Source of the DNA: Solirubrobacterales bacterium
GTDB taxonomy: Bacteria > Actinomycetota > Thermoleophilia > Solirubrobacterales > 70-9
Direction of reading: 5' to 3'
NCBI GenBank assembly: GCA_036265435.1
Contig: DATAPB010000184.1
Span: 1-44,981, forward strand
DNA length: 44,981 nucleotides
The notes below the pieces were generated by a model, which saw only the letters and a program-made list of their open reading frames with translations, did no database searches and had not been told where the DNA came from. Within the stretch, counting starts at the first letter, position 1. Each line of letters begins with the position of its first letter. Both the position numbers and the translations under genes were made by a program. This document shows positions 25,134 through 34,720 of this stretch, piece by piece.

Positions 25134-26609
25134 ATGACCCGGGAATTGATCGACCTGACGGTCGCCGAGGCGGCAGAGCGGATCCGCTCCGGCGACCTGG
25201 CTGCGGAGGAGTACTTCGACGCCTATCGCGAGGCGGCGGCCGGTGACTCGCTGAATGCCCTCCTCTGGCGGGCCGAGGACGGCGGCCAGGCGGACCTCGA
25301 GGGGACGCGTGCCTCGCAGGATGAGGTCGATCCGGAGCGACCCCTCGCGGGCATCCCGGTTGCGGTCAAGGACATCTTCTGCACCGAGGGCATCCCGACG
25401 ACCGCCGGCTCGCGGATCCTCGAGGGCTATCGGCCGCCATACACGGCGACCGCCGTCCGCCGCCTTCGCGAGGCCGGCGCGCGCGTGCTCGGCAAGGCCA
25501 ACATGGATGAGTTCGCCATGGGGTCCTCCAACGAGAACTCCGGGTACGGACCGGCTCTCAACCCGTGGGACAGCGATCGCGTCCCGGGCGGCTCCTCGGG
25601 CGGCAGCGCCGCCGCGGTGGCGGGCCGCCTCGCGCCCTGCGGGATCGGAACCGATACCGGCGGCTCGATTCGCCAGCCGGCGGCGCTCTGCGGGATCGTC
25701 GGGATGAAGCCGACCTACGGCGCGGTCTCGCGCTACGGGATGATCGCCTTCGCGTCCTCGCTCGACCAGTGCGGCCCGCTGACCAGGAACGTCACCGACG
25801 CGGCGCTCATGCTCCGGGCGATGGAGGGGCACGATCACTGCGACTCGACCTCGATCGGCATCGAGGGCGGCATCGAGCTGCCAGGTCGCGAGGACCTGAA
25901 GGGCCTCAGCTTCGGCGTGCCGAGGGAGCTCGCGAGCGAGGCGGAGGGGATCGAGCCCAGCGTCCGCGAGGTCTTCGAGCGCACCGTGGCGCGGATCGAG
26001 GAGCTCGGTGGAGAGGTCGCCGAGACCGAGCTGCCCCATGCTCCTCACGGGATCTCCGCCTACTACGTGCTCGCACCGGCCGAGGCGTCCGCAAACCTGG
26101 CCCGCTTCGACGGCGTCCGATACGGGCTGAGGGTCGCTGCCGACGAGCTGACCGAGATGTACGAGGAGACCCGCACCCAGGGCTTCGGCGCCGAGGTGAA
26201 GCGGCGGATCATGCTCGGGACCTACGCGCTCTCCTCCGGCTACTACGAGGCGTACTACGGCCGCGCCCAGCGGGTCCGGACCAAGATCGCAGAGGACTTC
26301 TCGAAGGCGTTCGAGCGCTTTGACTTCGTCGTCACCCCGACCTCGCCGACGGTCGCCTTCAAGCTCGGGGAGCGAACGGACGATCCGCTGGCCATGTACC
26401 TGTCCGACTACTGCACCGTGCCGATGCCGCTGGCCGGGATCCCGGCCATCTCGATCCCCGCGGGCACCGCTCAGCCGGAAGGCGGCGGGAGCGAGCTTCC
26501 GGTCGGCTTCCAGATCGCCGGGCCCGCGTTCAGCGACTCCGCGATGCTCGATGCGGCGCATGCCCTCGAGGGAGCTATCGCCTTCCAGTCCAACGGGAGC
26601 CCGATGTGA
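25134..26609 (+). CDS. gatA: Asp-tRNA(Asn)/Glu-tRNA(Gln) amidotransferase subunit A
   Basis: Amidase signature GGSSGGSAAAVA...GTDTGGSIRQPAA. GIPVAVKDIF and ANMDEFAMGSSNENS are also present. Confidence 0.95.
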   Translation: MTRELIDLTVAEAAERIRSGDLAAEEYFDAYREAAAGDSLNALLWRAEDGGQADLEGTRASQDEVDPERPLAGIPVAVKDIFCTEGIPTTAGSRILEGYRPPYTATAVRRLREAGARVLGKANMDEFAMGSSNENSGYGPALNPWDSDRVPGGSSGGSAAAVAGRLAPCGIGTDTGGSIRQPAALCGIVGMKPTYGAVSRYGMIAFASSLDQCGPLTRNVTDAALMLRAMEGHDHCDSTSIGIEGGIELPGREDLKGLSFGVPRELASEAEGIEPSVREVFERTVARIEELGGEVAETELPHAPHGISAYYVLAPAEASANLARFDGVRYGLRVAADELTEMYEETRTQGFGAEVKRRIMLGTYALSSGYYEAYYGRAQRVRTKIAEDFSKAFERFDFVVTPTSPTVAFKLGERTDDPLAMYLSDYCTVPMPLAGIPAISIPAGTAQPEGGGSELPVGFQIAGPAFSDSAMLDAAHALEGAIAFQSNGSPM

Positions 26610-26899
26610 GGCGCGCTCCGGCGCTGACCGACGATGAGTTCCGCGCGGCCGTCCAGGATGCCCTCGACTCGCTGCCCCCCGAGATCGCCTCGCGGCTCAC
26701 AAATGTGGCGGTGCTGGTCGAGGACCGGCACCCGAGCGGTCGGCTGCTCGGACTCTTCGATCCACGCGGCGGCCTGCCGCGGATCATCATCTATCGCGAG
26801 CACCACACCGATGCCGAGAGCGTCAAGCAGACCGTGCTCCACGAGGTCGGCCATTACTTCGGAGCGGACGAGGCGACCGTGAGGGGATGGGGGTTGTGA
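26606..26899 (+). CDS. small zincin-like metallopeptidase family protein (DUF1025-like)
   Basis: 97 aa with HExxH (VLHEVGHYFG). The GTG start overlaps the gatA stop (GTGA). The 3' end overlaps the gatB start by 13 nt. Confidence 0.75.
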   Translation: MRRAPALTDDEFRAAVQDALDSLPPEIASRLTNVAVLVEDRHPSGRLLGLFDPRGGLPRIIIYREHHTDAESVKQTVLHEVGHYFGADEATVRGWGL

Positions 26900-28332
26900 G
26901 CGCGGAATACGAGGCCGTGATCGGGCTGGAGATCCACGTCCAGCTTTCCACGCGCACGAAGATGTTCTGCGGCTGCGAGCCGTCGTTCGGCGACGAGCCC
27001 AACACCCACACCTGTCCGGTCTGCCTGGGCCACCCGGGGAGCCTGCCCACGACCAACGAGCAGGCGATCCGCTACGCCCTGATGATCGCCGCGGCCCTGG
27101 AGTGCGAGGTGCCGCCGCGGTCGATCTTCCACCGCAAGCAGTACTTCTATCCCGACCAGGCCAAGAACTACCAGATCAGCCAGTACGACGAACCGCTTGC
27201 CGTCACCGGGCGGCTGGGCGAGGTGCGGATCGAGCGGGCCCACCTGGAGGAGGACACCGCGAAGATGATCCACGTCGGCGAGTCCGGCCGGATCCACGGC
27301 TCGGGTGCTTCGCTCGTCGACTTCAACCGGGCCGGCACCCCGCTGGTCGAGATCGTCACGGAGCCGGATCTGCGCTCGGCCCAGCAGGTGCGCGAGTGGG
27401 CGCAGCTGCTGCGGACGACCATTCGCCAGCTGGGAGTCTCGGACGTGAACATGGAGGAGGGCTCGCTGCGCGTGGATGCGAACGTCTCGATCCGGCCCGT
27501 CGGATCGGAGGAGCTCGGCACGAAGACCGAGCTCAAGAACATGAACAGCTTCCGGTTTCTCGAGCGTGGGATCGAGGCAGAGCTCGAGCGCCAGCGCCGG
27601 TTGCTCGAGGGCGGGGAGGGGGTCGTCCAGGACACGCTGCACTTCCACCCGGAGGACGGCTCGTTGACCCCGTTGCGATCGAAGGAGTACGCGCACGACT
27701 ATCGCTACTTCCCGGAACCGGACCTCGTGCCGGTGGCGCCGACCGAGGAGATGCTCAAGGAGGCGCGCGAATCGCTGCCCGAGCTGCCGGCACACCGGCG
27801 CGAGCGCTACCTGAACGAGATCGGCCTCTCCGAGGAGGCCGCAACCATGCTCGCCTTCCACTCGGAGTACGGCGAGTACTTCGAGCGGGCGGTCGCCGTG
27901 GCCGACGGCACGGCCGCCAAGTCGATCGCCAACTGGGTGACCGGCGAGCTGGTCGCGACGCTCCGGCAGGCCGGCGCGGAGGACGACCCCCTCGCCTCGA
28001 AGGCCACGCCCGAGGCGGTCGCCGCCCTCGCGGGCCTGGTTGAGGGCAAGACGATCTCGCACGGCGCCGGCAAGCAGGTCCTCGCCAAGCTCGTCGAGGA
28101 CGGCGGTGACCCCGCTGAGATCGTGGAGCGGGAGGGTCTCGCACAGATCTCCGACACCTCCGAACTGGAGGGCGTCGTCGACCGCGCGATCGAGGCCGAG
28201 CCCGAGGCGGCCGAGCAGCTGCGCCAGGGCAACGAGAAGGCGATCGGGCGGATCGTCGGAGCGGTCATGAAGGAGACGAAGGGCAGGGCGGACGGAAGCG
28301 CCGTCACCAAGCTGATCCGCGAGCGCCTCTAG
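26887..28332 (+). CDS. gatB: Asp-tRNA(Asn)/Glu-tRNA(Gln) amidotransferase subunit B
   Basis: YEAVIGLEIHVQL, CPVCLGHPGSLP, AHLEEDTAK, NRAGTPLVEIV and a C-terminal YqeY-like tail. GTG 26896 is an alternative start. Confidence 0.95.
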   Translation: MGVVSAEYEAVIGLEIHVQLSTRTKMFCGCEPSFGDEPNTHTCPVCLGHPGSLPTTNEQAIRYALMIAAALECEVPPRSIFHRKQYFYPDQAKNYQISQYDEPLAVTGRLGEVRIERAHLEEDTAKMIHVGESGRIHGSGASLVDFNRAGTPLVEIVTEPDLRSAQQVREWAQLLRTTIRQLGVSDVNMEEGSLRVDANVSIRPVGSEELGTKTELKNMNSFRFLERGIEAELERQRRLLEGGEGVVQDTLHFHPEDGSLTPLRSKEYAHDYRYFPEPDLVPVAPTEEMLKEARESLPELPAHRRERYLNEIGLSEEAATMLAFHSEYGEYFERAVAVADGTAAKSIANWVTGELVATLRQAGAEDDPLASKATPEAVAALAGLVEGKTISHGAGKQVLAKLVEDGGDPAEIVEREGLAQISDTSELEGVVDRAIEAEPEAAEQLRQGNEKAIGRIVGAVMKETKGRADGSAVTKLIRERL

Positions 28333-28433
28333 TCCACCGTCAAGTTCGCCTGCATCCCCAGCGACTTGTGTCGAACAGGCTGCAGTAGCGGGGGGGACGT
28401 TGGACCGGGTGCGTCCACGCCCGTACCCTGATC

Positions 28434-28742
28434 TTGATGGCCGGCGCGCCATACGTGATCATCGCCGTGCTCTTCGGCCTCGCGACCGGGATCATCGGCC
28501 GCTCGAAGGGCAGTTCGTTCTTCCTCTGGTTCCTCGTCGGGACCGTGATCCCGCTCTTCGGGCTGGTCGCCGTGATCCTCTATCGATCCGAGCGCGAGGA
28601 GCCGGAGCGCCGCTGCCCGACCTGCGGCAAGATCCTCAAGCTGCACGTCCAGGTCTGCACTCGCTGCGGGACGGAGCTCTACCTGCCGGAACCGTCAGAG
28701 GTCAGGCCCGGACCGGCGCATCGTCCACCTGAGCGGGCTTAA
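28434..28742 (+). CDS. small membrane protein with C-terminal zinc-ribbon (102 aa)
   Basis: Two TM segments are followed by the CPTCGK...CTRCG motif. GC3 is high. Confidence 0.65.
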   Translation: MMAGAPYVIIAVLFGLATGIIGRSKGSSFFLWFLVGTVIPLFGLVAVILYRSEREEPERRCPTCGKILKLHVQVCTRCGTELYLPEPSEVRPGPAHRPPERA

Positions 28743-28771
28743 ATCCCGGGAGACCGGGAAGGGAGGGCACA

Positions 28772-30079
28772 ATGGCTACGCGCATGGCGACGCGGCTGGG
28801 AGTGGCAGTCGTGCTGGGGTCCACGGTCGCACTGCTGGCGGCTTCGCCGGCGTTCGGGGCGGTGATCACCCCGAACACGTTCGGTGATGAGAATGGCGGC
28901 GGCCCGGGCTGCTCCCTGAGGGAGGCGATCCTGGCCGCAAACAACGACGCAGCGTTCGGCGGGTGTCCGCCGGGGACCGGCGCCGACACGATTCCCCTCG
29001 CCGATGGGACATACCGGCTCTCGATCCCGCTTGGCACGCCCGGGGACGACGGCGATCTCGACGTCAGCAGTCAGCTGACGATTGCGCACGCCGGCGTCGC
29101 TCCGGCCGTGATTGACGGAGGCGGGGTCGACAGGGTTATTCACCTGCTCGGCGGTGCAAGCCTGACCGGATCCGGCTTCGCGATCAGGAACGGCAGGACG
29201 GCGCAGTCCGGGGGCGGAGTCCGAAACGAGGGCTCCCTCGACCTCTCCGACGTGACCGTCAGCGGGAATGAAACGACGGCAAGCTTCGGTGGCGGCATCG
29301 CGAACTCCGGCACCGCGACCATGTCGCTCACGAATGTGACGGTGTCCGGCAACGGCGCCGAAGGCGACGGCGGCGGCATCGACCAGGGCGTCGGCGGACA
29401 GCTGAATCTGAACTCCGTCACGATCGCCGGCAACACCACGGGCACCGATGGAGACACCGGCGGCGGTGGAGGCATCTTCAACGCCGGCGGAGCCATCAAC
29501 CTCCGGAACACGATCATCGCCCGGAACCGTGACAACACCTCGGCTCCGATCCCCGACTCGCCTGACTGCGGTGGCGCCGCCTACACCTCGGGCCGGAACA
29601 ACCTGATCGGCGACCTGACGGGCTGCAACTTCGTGGCGGCGGGAGGGGACGAGACCAACGTCAATCCGCGGCTCGGACCGCTGGCGAACAACGGAGGCCC
29701 GGCCTTCACCCACGCCCTGCTGGCGGGCAGCCCCGCGATCGAGGCCGGCGGTGGTGGTGCCGCTCGGACCGACCAGCGCGGCGTTCCGCGACGGGCGCCC
29801 GACATCGGCGCGTACGAGTTCGCCACCTGCGCCGGCAGGGTGGTGAATCGGGTCGGCACTTCCGGCAAGGACAAGCTGGTGGGTACGAGTGGAGCCGACG
29901 GCATTCTCGGCCTGGGCGGAAGCGACATCCTCAAAGGACATGCCGGCAAGGATGGGTTGTGCGGTGGCGGCGGCAGGGACAAGCTCCACGGTCAGCGCGG
30001 CAAGGACACCCTGATCGGCGGAAAGGGCAAGGACGTCTGCAAGGGCGGTCCGGGGAAGGACGTCGAGAAGTCCTGCTGA
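28772..30079 (+). CDS. secreted CSLREA-domain / parallel beta-helix protein with C-terminal RTX-like Gly-rich repeats
   Basis: Signal peptide (VVLGSTVALLAASPAFGA) and the CSLREAILAANND motif. Repeated GGG(I/V)xNxG...L.NVT(V/I)SGN units are present, plus DQRGVPRRAPDIGAYEF (choice-of-anchor-Q-like). The C-terminus has GxxGxD repeats (GTSGKDKLVGTSGADGILGLGGSDILKGHAGKD...). Confidence 0.8.
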   Translation: MATRMATRLGVAVVLGSTVALLAASPAFGAVITPNTFGDENGGGPGCSLREAILAANNDAAFGGCPPGTGADTIPLADGTYRLSIPLGTPGDDGDLDVSSQLTIAHAGVAPAVIDGGGVDRVIHLLGGASLTGSGFAIRNGRTAQSGGGVRNEGSLDLSDVTVSGNETTASFGGGIANSGTATMSLTNVTVSGNGAEGDGGGIDQGVGGQLNLNSVTIAGNTTGTDGDTGGGGGIFNAGGAINLRNTIIARNRDNTSAPIPDSPDCGGAAYTSGRNNLIGDLTGCNFVAAGGDETNVNPRLGPLANNGGPAFTHALLAGSPAIEAGGGGAARTDQRGVPRRAPDIGAYEFATCAGRVVNRVGTSGKDKLVGTSGADGILGLGGSDILKGHAGKDGLCGGGGRDKLHGQRGKDTLIGGKGKDVCKGGPGKDVEKSC

Positions 30080-30082
30080 GCT

Positions 30083-31186
30083 CTACCTGAGCCAGGTGCG
30101 GACGATCGCGTTGGTGAAGCCCAGGCCGTAGCGCATCACTGCCGGTTTCTTGGAATGCCCGTAGGTGCGCTTCGCGACCGTCACCGGCACCTCCTTCGCG
30201 GGGATGCCCCGCTTGATCGCCTCGATCAGGAACTCGGAGGTGTGGAACTGCTCCTGTCGCAGAACGAGCTGGGGAAGGACCGTGGTCCGCACCGCGCGGT
30301 AGCCGTTCGAAGCGTCCGAGACCTTGGTGCGGGTGATGAACGAGATCATCTTGTTGAACAGCACGATCCCGAGCTCGCGCGAGGGTGAGTTGGGGTCCGC
30401 ATCGCCCAGGACGCGGGAGCCGTGCGCGACGTCGACCGCGTCATCGAGCACCGGCTTGACCAGCCGCTCCATCTCACTCGGCAGGTGCTGGCCGTCCGCG
30501 TCCAGCGTCACGACGATCAGGGCACCGGACTCGGCCATCAGGCGGTAACCGGTGCGCAGGGCTGCCCCGCCGCCGCGGTTGATCACGTGCCGGGCGACCA
30601 CCGCGCCCGCCTTCGCTGCCTCTTCGCTGGTGTCGTCGCGCGAACCGTCGTCGACCACGATCACCGCCGTCTCCTCGCCGCAGACCTCGGGAGGAATGCT
30701 GCGGACGACGTCGCCAACGCTCTCCGCCTCATTGAAGGCCGGAATGACGACGGCGACCTTGTCGCGGAAGCGCTCCGGAAGCTTCGCCTCGCGGAACTCC
30801 TCCCAGGCCAGTCCCTCGAGCAGGGCGGAGAGCTGCTGGTTCATCTTCGAGCTCTCCGTCAGGGCCCGGAGGACGAGCAGGAAGAGGACCACGATCGCGA
30901 ATACCGCCAACCCGAGGATCCGGCCGCCGTTGCCCTGCTTGAAGGAGAAGGCCGACAGCACGGCGTTGAGCAGCTCGGTCCCGGAGACGATGGCCAGGAA
31001 GAGGCCGCCGAAAAGAGCCAGGAGAACCGCGCCGTTCGACAGGGAGCGACGCCGCCAGATCGCGAATGCGATCAGGAGCACGGCCAGGACGAGCCCGAAG
31101 GCGCGCAGCGCCGTGAGCTGTTCCGGTAAGACCGAGGCGATCAAAGGGACGGTCAAGGCGGCGCCAGAATAGGCCTCCGACGACAC
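30083..31186 (-). CDS. family 2 glycosyltransferase with N-terminal transmembrane region (polyprenol-phosphate sugar synthase-like)
   Basis: About 130 N-terminal aa contain several TM segments. They are followed by VAVVIPAFNEAESV, VIVVDDGSRDDT, LDADGQH and SNGYRA, as in DPM1/GtrB/ArnC-type GT2 enzymes. The start is uncertain (GTG 31186 or a downstream TTG). Confidence 0.8.
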   Translation of the reverse strand: MSSEAYSGAALTVPLIASVLPEQLTALRAFGLVLAVLLIAFAIWRRRSLSNGAVLLALFGGLFLAIVSGTELLNAVLSAFSFKQGNGGRILGLAVFAIVVLFLLVLRALTESSKMNQQLSALLEGLAWEEFREAKLPERFRDKVAVVIPAFNEAESVGDVVRSIPPEVCGEETAVIVVDDGSRDDTSEEAAKAGAVVARHVINRGGGAALRTGYRLMAESGALIVVTLDADGQHLPSEMERLVKPVLDDAVDVAHGSRVLGDADPNSPSRELGIVLFNKMISFITRTKVSDASNGYRAVRTTVLPQLVLRQEQFHTSEFLIEAIKRGIPAKEVPVTVAKRTYGHSKKPAVMRYGLGFTNAIVRTWLR

Positions 31187-31239
31187 ACGCCGCGGGCACG
31201 ACGGTGCGCCGTTCCGGCCGTTACCCTGCCGCCTTCACC

Positions 31240-32415
31240 ATGCGCGTCCTCATCCTCGGGGGCGACGGCTATCTCGGCTGGCCGACGGCGATGCGCTTCT
31301 CCGCCGGCGGCCACGAGGTCTCCGTCGTCGACAACTTCTCGCGCCGCCGCTGGCACGAGAAGCACGGCACAGACTCACTCACACCGATCCGTTCGCTCGA
31401 CGAGCGCATCGACGCGTGGAGGGAGATCTCCGGCAGGGAGATCGCGTCGTATGTCGGCGCCATCGAGGACCCGGAGTTCCTGGAGCGAGTGATCATCGAG
31501 ACGAGGCCCGAGGCGGTCGTCCACTACGGCGAGCAGCCCTCGGCGCCGTTCTCGATGGCCAACCGCGAGCAGGCGGTCGAGACGCAGTACACGAACGTGA
31601 TCGGGACGCTCAACCTCCTCTTCTTCCTCCGCGATCACGCATCGGACTGCCACCTGGTCAAGCTCGGGACCATGGGCGAATACGGCACGCCCAAGATCGA
31701 CATCGAGGAGGGGTTCATCGAGATCGAGCACAAGGGCCGCAAGGACACGCTGCCCTTCCCGAAGCTCCCCGGCTCGCTCTACCACCTCTCCAAGGTCCAC
31801 GACTCCAACAACATCCACTTCGCCTGCCGGATCTGGGGCCTGCGCTCGACCGACCTCAACCAGGGCGTCGTCTACGGCATCGAGACGGACGAGACGACAC
31901 AGGATGAGCGCCTCACGACGCGCTTCGACTATGACGAGTGGTTCGGCACGGTCCTCAACCGCTTCTGCGCGCAGGCGGTGATCGGGCACCCGCTCACGGT
32001 CTACGGGAAGGGAGGCCAAACCCGCGGCTTCCTGAACATCCGCGACACGCTCCAGTGCGTCGAGCTGGCGGTCAACAACCCGGCCGAGGCCGGCGAGTAC
32101 CGCGTCTTCAACCAGTTCACGGAGTCGTTCTCGGTCGCCCAGCTCGCCGACCTGGTCCAGGCCTCTGCCGCCGAGATCGGCATGGACGTCGAGATCGAGC
32201 ACGTCGAGAACCCGCGTGTCGAGCTCGAGGAGCACTACTACAACCCCGTCCACACCAAGCTGCTGGACCTCGGGCTCCAGCCGAGCTACCTGGGCGATGA
32301 GCTGGTCCGCTCGATGCTGAAGACGATCGAGCGCCACCGCGACCGGGTGATCGACTCCGCGATCGATCCCCGGACGCGCTGGAAGCCGTCGCAGGAGCCG
32401 GCCGGCACTCGCTGA
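31240..32415 (+). CDS. sqdB: UDP-sulfoquinovose synthase (SQD1/SqdB/Agl3 family SDR)
   Basis: Near-continuous similarity, recalled from plant SQD1. Matching stretches are ILGGDGYLGWPTA, SLTPI, HYGEQPSAPFSM, NVIGTLN, CHLVKLGTMGEYGTP.IDIEEG, YHLSKVHDS.NI, TDLNQGVVYG and FGT.LNRFC.QA. Further matches are GHPLTVYGKGGQTRG, RVFNQFTE.FSV and NPRVE.EEHYYN..HTKL..LGL. Confidence 0.88.
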   Translation: MRVLILGGDGYLGWPTAMRFSAGGHEVSVVDNFSRRRWHEKHGTDSLTPIRSLDERIDAWREISGREIASYVGAIEDPEFLERVIIETRPEAVVHYGEQPSAPFSMANREQAVETQYTNVIGTLNLLFFLRDHASDCHLVKLGTMGEYGTPKIDIEEGFIEIEHKGRKDTLPFPKLPGSLYHLSKVHDSNNIHFACRIWGLRSTDLNQGVVYGIETDETTQDERLTTRFDYDEWFGTVLNRFCAQAVIGHPLTVYGKGGQTRGFLNIRDTLQCVELAVNNPAEAGEYRVFNQFTESFSVAQLADLVQASAAEIGMDVEIEHVENPRVELEEHYYNPVHTKLLDLGLQPSYLGDELVRSMLKTIERHRDRVIDSAIDPRTRWKPSQEPAGTR

Positions 32416-32455
32416 TTCACGCCAGGCGAGGGCGCTTGGCTACCATCGCCGAACG

Positions 32456-34135
32456 ATGCGCGCTGCCGATGCTCTGATGGAGGCCCTCAAGGCGGAGGGC
32501 ACCCAACACATCTTCGGGATCCCGGGTGGGGCGAACCTGCCGATCTACGACGCCGTCCACGACGCCGAGATCACCCACATCCAGGCGCGCCACGAGCAGG
32601 GCGCCGGCCACATGGCAGAGGGCTACGCCAAGGCCTCGGGCAGGGTGGGCGTCGCGTTCGCGACCTCCGGCCCGGGCGCGACCAACCTGGTCACCCCGAT
32701 CGCCGACGCGATCATGGACTCCGTCCCGACCGTCTTCGTCACCGGGCAGGTCCGCACCGAGCTGATCGGCACCGACGGCTTCCAGGAGGCGGACGTGAAC
32801 GGCATCACGATGCCGGTCGTCAAGCACTCACTGATGGTGCAGGACCCGCGCGTGATACCTGAGTACGTCCACTCGGCTTTCCACATCGCTTCGACGGGCC
32901 GTCCGGGGCCCGTCCTCGTCGACGTGCCGCAGGACCTCTCGCGGGCCGACATCGAATACGAGCCGATGACGGAGACGCCGAATTTGCCGGGCTACAAGCC
33001 CTCCACCGAGGGGAACATCAAGCAGATCCGCCTCGCCGCCAAGGCACTCGCCAACTCCCAGCGGCCGGTGATCTACGCCGGCGGCGGCGTGATCAACGCC
33101 AACGCCTCGGAGGAGCTGCGCGAGCTCTGCCTCTCTGACAGGTTCCCCGTCACCTGCACGGTGATGGGCCTCGGCGGCTTCCCGGCGCCGCACGAGCAGT
33201 GGCTCGGGATGCTGGGCATGCACGGCACCCGCACGGCCAACTACTCGATGGACAACGCCGACCTGATTGTCGCCGTCGGTGCCCGCTTCGACGACCGGAT
33301 CACGGGCAAGCTCTCCGAGTTCGCGCCGCGCGCGAAGTTCGTCCACATCGACATCGACCCGGCCGAGATCTCCAAGAACGTCCCGGCGCACATCCCGATC
33401 GTCGGCGATGCCAAGGAGGTCCTACCCAAGCTGACCAAGGAGTACCGGGCGATCAAGGCGGACCGCAGCCGGCTCGACCCGTGGTGGGACCAGATCCACG
33501 CCTGGCAGAACGAGTACCCGCTCACCTACGAGGATTCCGAGGACAACGAGATCAAGCCGCAGCGGATGATCCAGGCGATGTACGCGGCGACGGAGGGCGA
33601 CGCGATCATCACCTCCGACGTCGGCCAGCACCAGATGTGGTGCGCGCAGTACTACGACTTCGACAAGCCCCGCCGCTGGATCAACTCGGGCGGCCTCGGG
33701 ACGATGGGCTTCGGCCTGCCGTCGGCGATCGGCGCCAAGGTCGCCTGTCCCGATGAGACCGTCGTCTGCCTCGCGGGGGACGGCAGCCTGATCATGACCT
33801 GCCAGGAGTTCGCGACCGCCGTGCGGCACGACATCCCGGTGAAGGTCTTCTTGATGAACAACGGCTACTTCGGCATGGTCCGCCAGTGGCAGGAGCTCTT
33901 CTGGGACGGCCGTTACTCCTCGGTGGAGATGGGCCCGAGCCCCGACTGGCCCAAGCTGGCCGAGGCGTTCGGGGTCAAGGGCATGATGGTGGACGACAAG
34001 AGCGAGGTCGAGGCAGCGATGCGCGAGGCGCTCGCCACGGAGGGCCCGGTCCTCCTCGACGTCCGCGTCACCAAGGACGAGAACTGCTACCCGATGATCC
34101 CGGCGGGAGCCGCCGCCCGGGACATGGTCGGCTAA
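32456..34135 (+). CDS. ilvB: acetolactate synthase large subunit
   Basis: GIPGGANLPIYDA, ATSGPGATNLVTPIADA, GTDGFQEAD and the ThDP motif GGLGTMGFGLPSAIGA...GDGS...NN. Confidence 0.95.
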   Translation: MRAADALMEALKAEGTQHIFGIPGGANLPIYDAVHDAEITHIQARHEQGAGHMAEGYAKASGRVGVAFATSGPGATNLVTPIADAIMDSVPTVFVTGQVRTELIGTDGFQEADVNGITMPVVKHSLMVQDPRVIPEYVHSAFHIASTGRPGPVLVDVPQDLSRADIEYEPMTETPNLPGYKPSTEGNIKQIRLAAKALANSQRPVIYAGGGVINANASEELRELCLSDRFPVTCTVMGLGGFPAPHEQWLGMLGMHGTRTANYSMDNADLIVAVGARFDDRITGKLSEFAPRAKFVHIDIDPAEISKNVPAHIPIVGDAKEVLPKLTKEYRAIKADRSRLDPWWDQIHAWQNEYPLTYEDSEDNEIKPQRMIQAMYAATEGDAIITSDVGQHQMWCAQYYDFDKPRRWINSGGLGTMGFGLPSAIGAKVACPDETVVCLAGDGSLIMTCQEFATAVRHDIPVKVFLMNNGYFGMVRQWQELFWDGRYSSVEMGPSPDWPKLAEAFGVKGMMVDDKSEVEAAMREALATEGPVLLDVRVTKDENCYPMIPAGAAARDMVG

Positions 34136-34154
34136 CGACGGGGGAGCCAGGACG

Positions 34155-34709
34155 ATGGAAGCCGGAACTCCCGACCTGATCAAGCTCGAGGATCTGGACG
34201 CCGCGGCGGGCGCGCTCACGGGCCGCAAGCACGTTCTCTCGATCCTGGTCGAGAACCGCCCAGGGGTCCTCGCCCGGATCGCCGGGCTGTTCAGCCGCCG
34301 CGGGTTCAACATCGACACCCTCGCGGTCGGCCCGACCGAGGACCCCGAGGTCTCCCGGATCACGCTCACTGTCGACGGCGCGGTGCACCCGATCGATCAG
34401 GTCACCAAGCAGCTCCACAAGCTGGTCAACGTGATCAAGATCAGGGACATGGAGCCGGGCGAGACCATCGCCCGCGAGATGGCTCTCTTCAAGGTCTCCG
34501 CTCCGATCGAGAGCCGCGCCGAGATCATGCAGTTCGCCGAGATCTTCCGCGCCAAGATCGTCGATGTCTCTCGCCGCTCCCTGACCATCGAGGTCACGGG
34601 CAGCGCCGACAAGATCGAGGCCTTCGAGCGGATGATCCGCCCGCACGGCCTCATCGAGATGGTGCGGACCGGCGAGGTCGCGCTCGCCCGCTCCAAGCCG
34701 GACAACTGA
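34155..34709 (+). CDS. ilvN: acetolactate synthase small (regulatory) subunit
   Basis: ACT domain HVLSILVENRPGVLARIAGLFSRRGFNIDTLAVGPTEDPEVSRITL. The gene follows ilvB. Confidence 0.92.
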   Translation: MEAGTPDLIKLEDLDAAAGALTGRKHVLSILVENRPGVLARIAGLFSRRGFNIDTLAVGPTEDPEVSRITLTVDGAVHPIDQVTKQLHKLVNVIKIRDMEPGETIAREMALFKVSAPIESRAEIMQFAEIFRAKIVDVSRRSLTIEVTGSADKIEAFERMIRPHGLIEMVRTGEVALARSKPDN

Positions 34710-34720
34710 CCCGGCGCCGA

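Noticed and set aside
32416-32455. Candidate promoter (TTCACG ... TACCAT) and leaderless start for ilvB.
   Set aside because: The spacing between the hexamers (19 nt) is long and the match is weak. It cannot be supported without transcription start site data.
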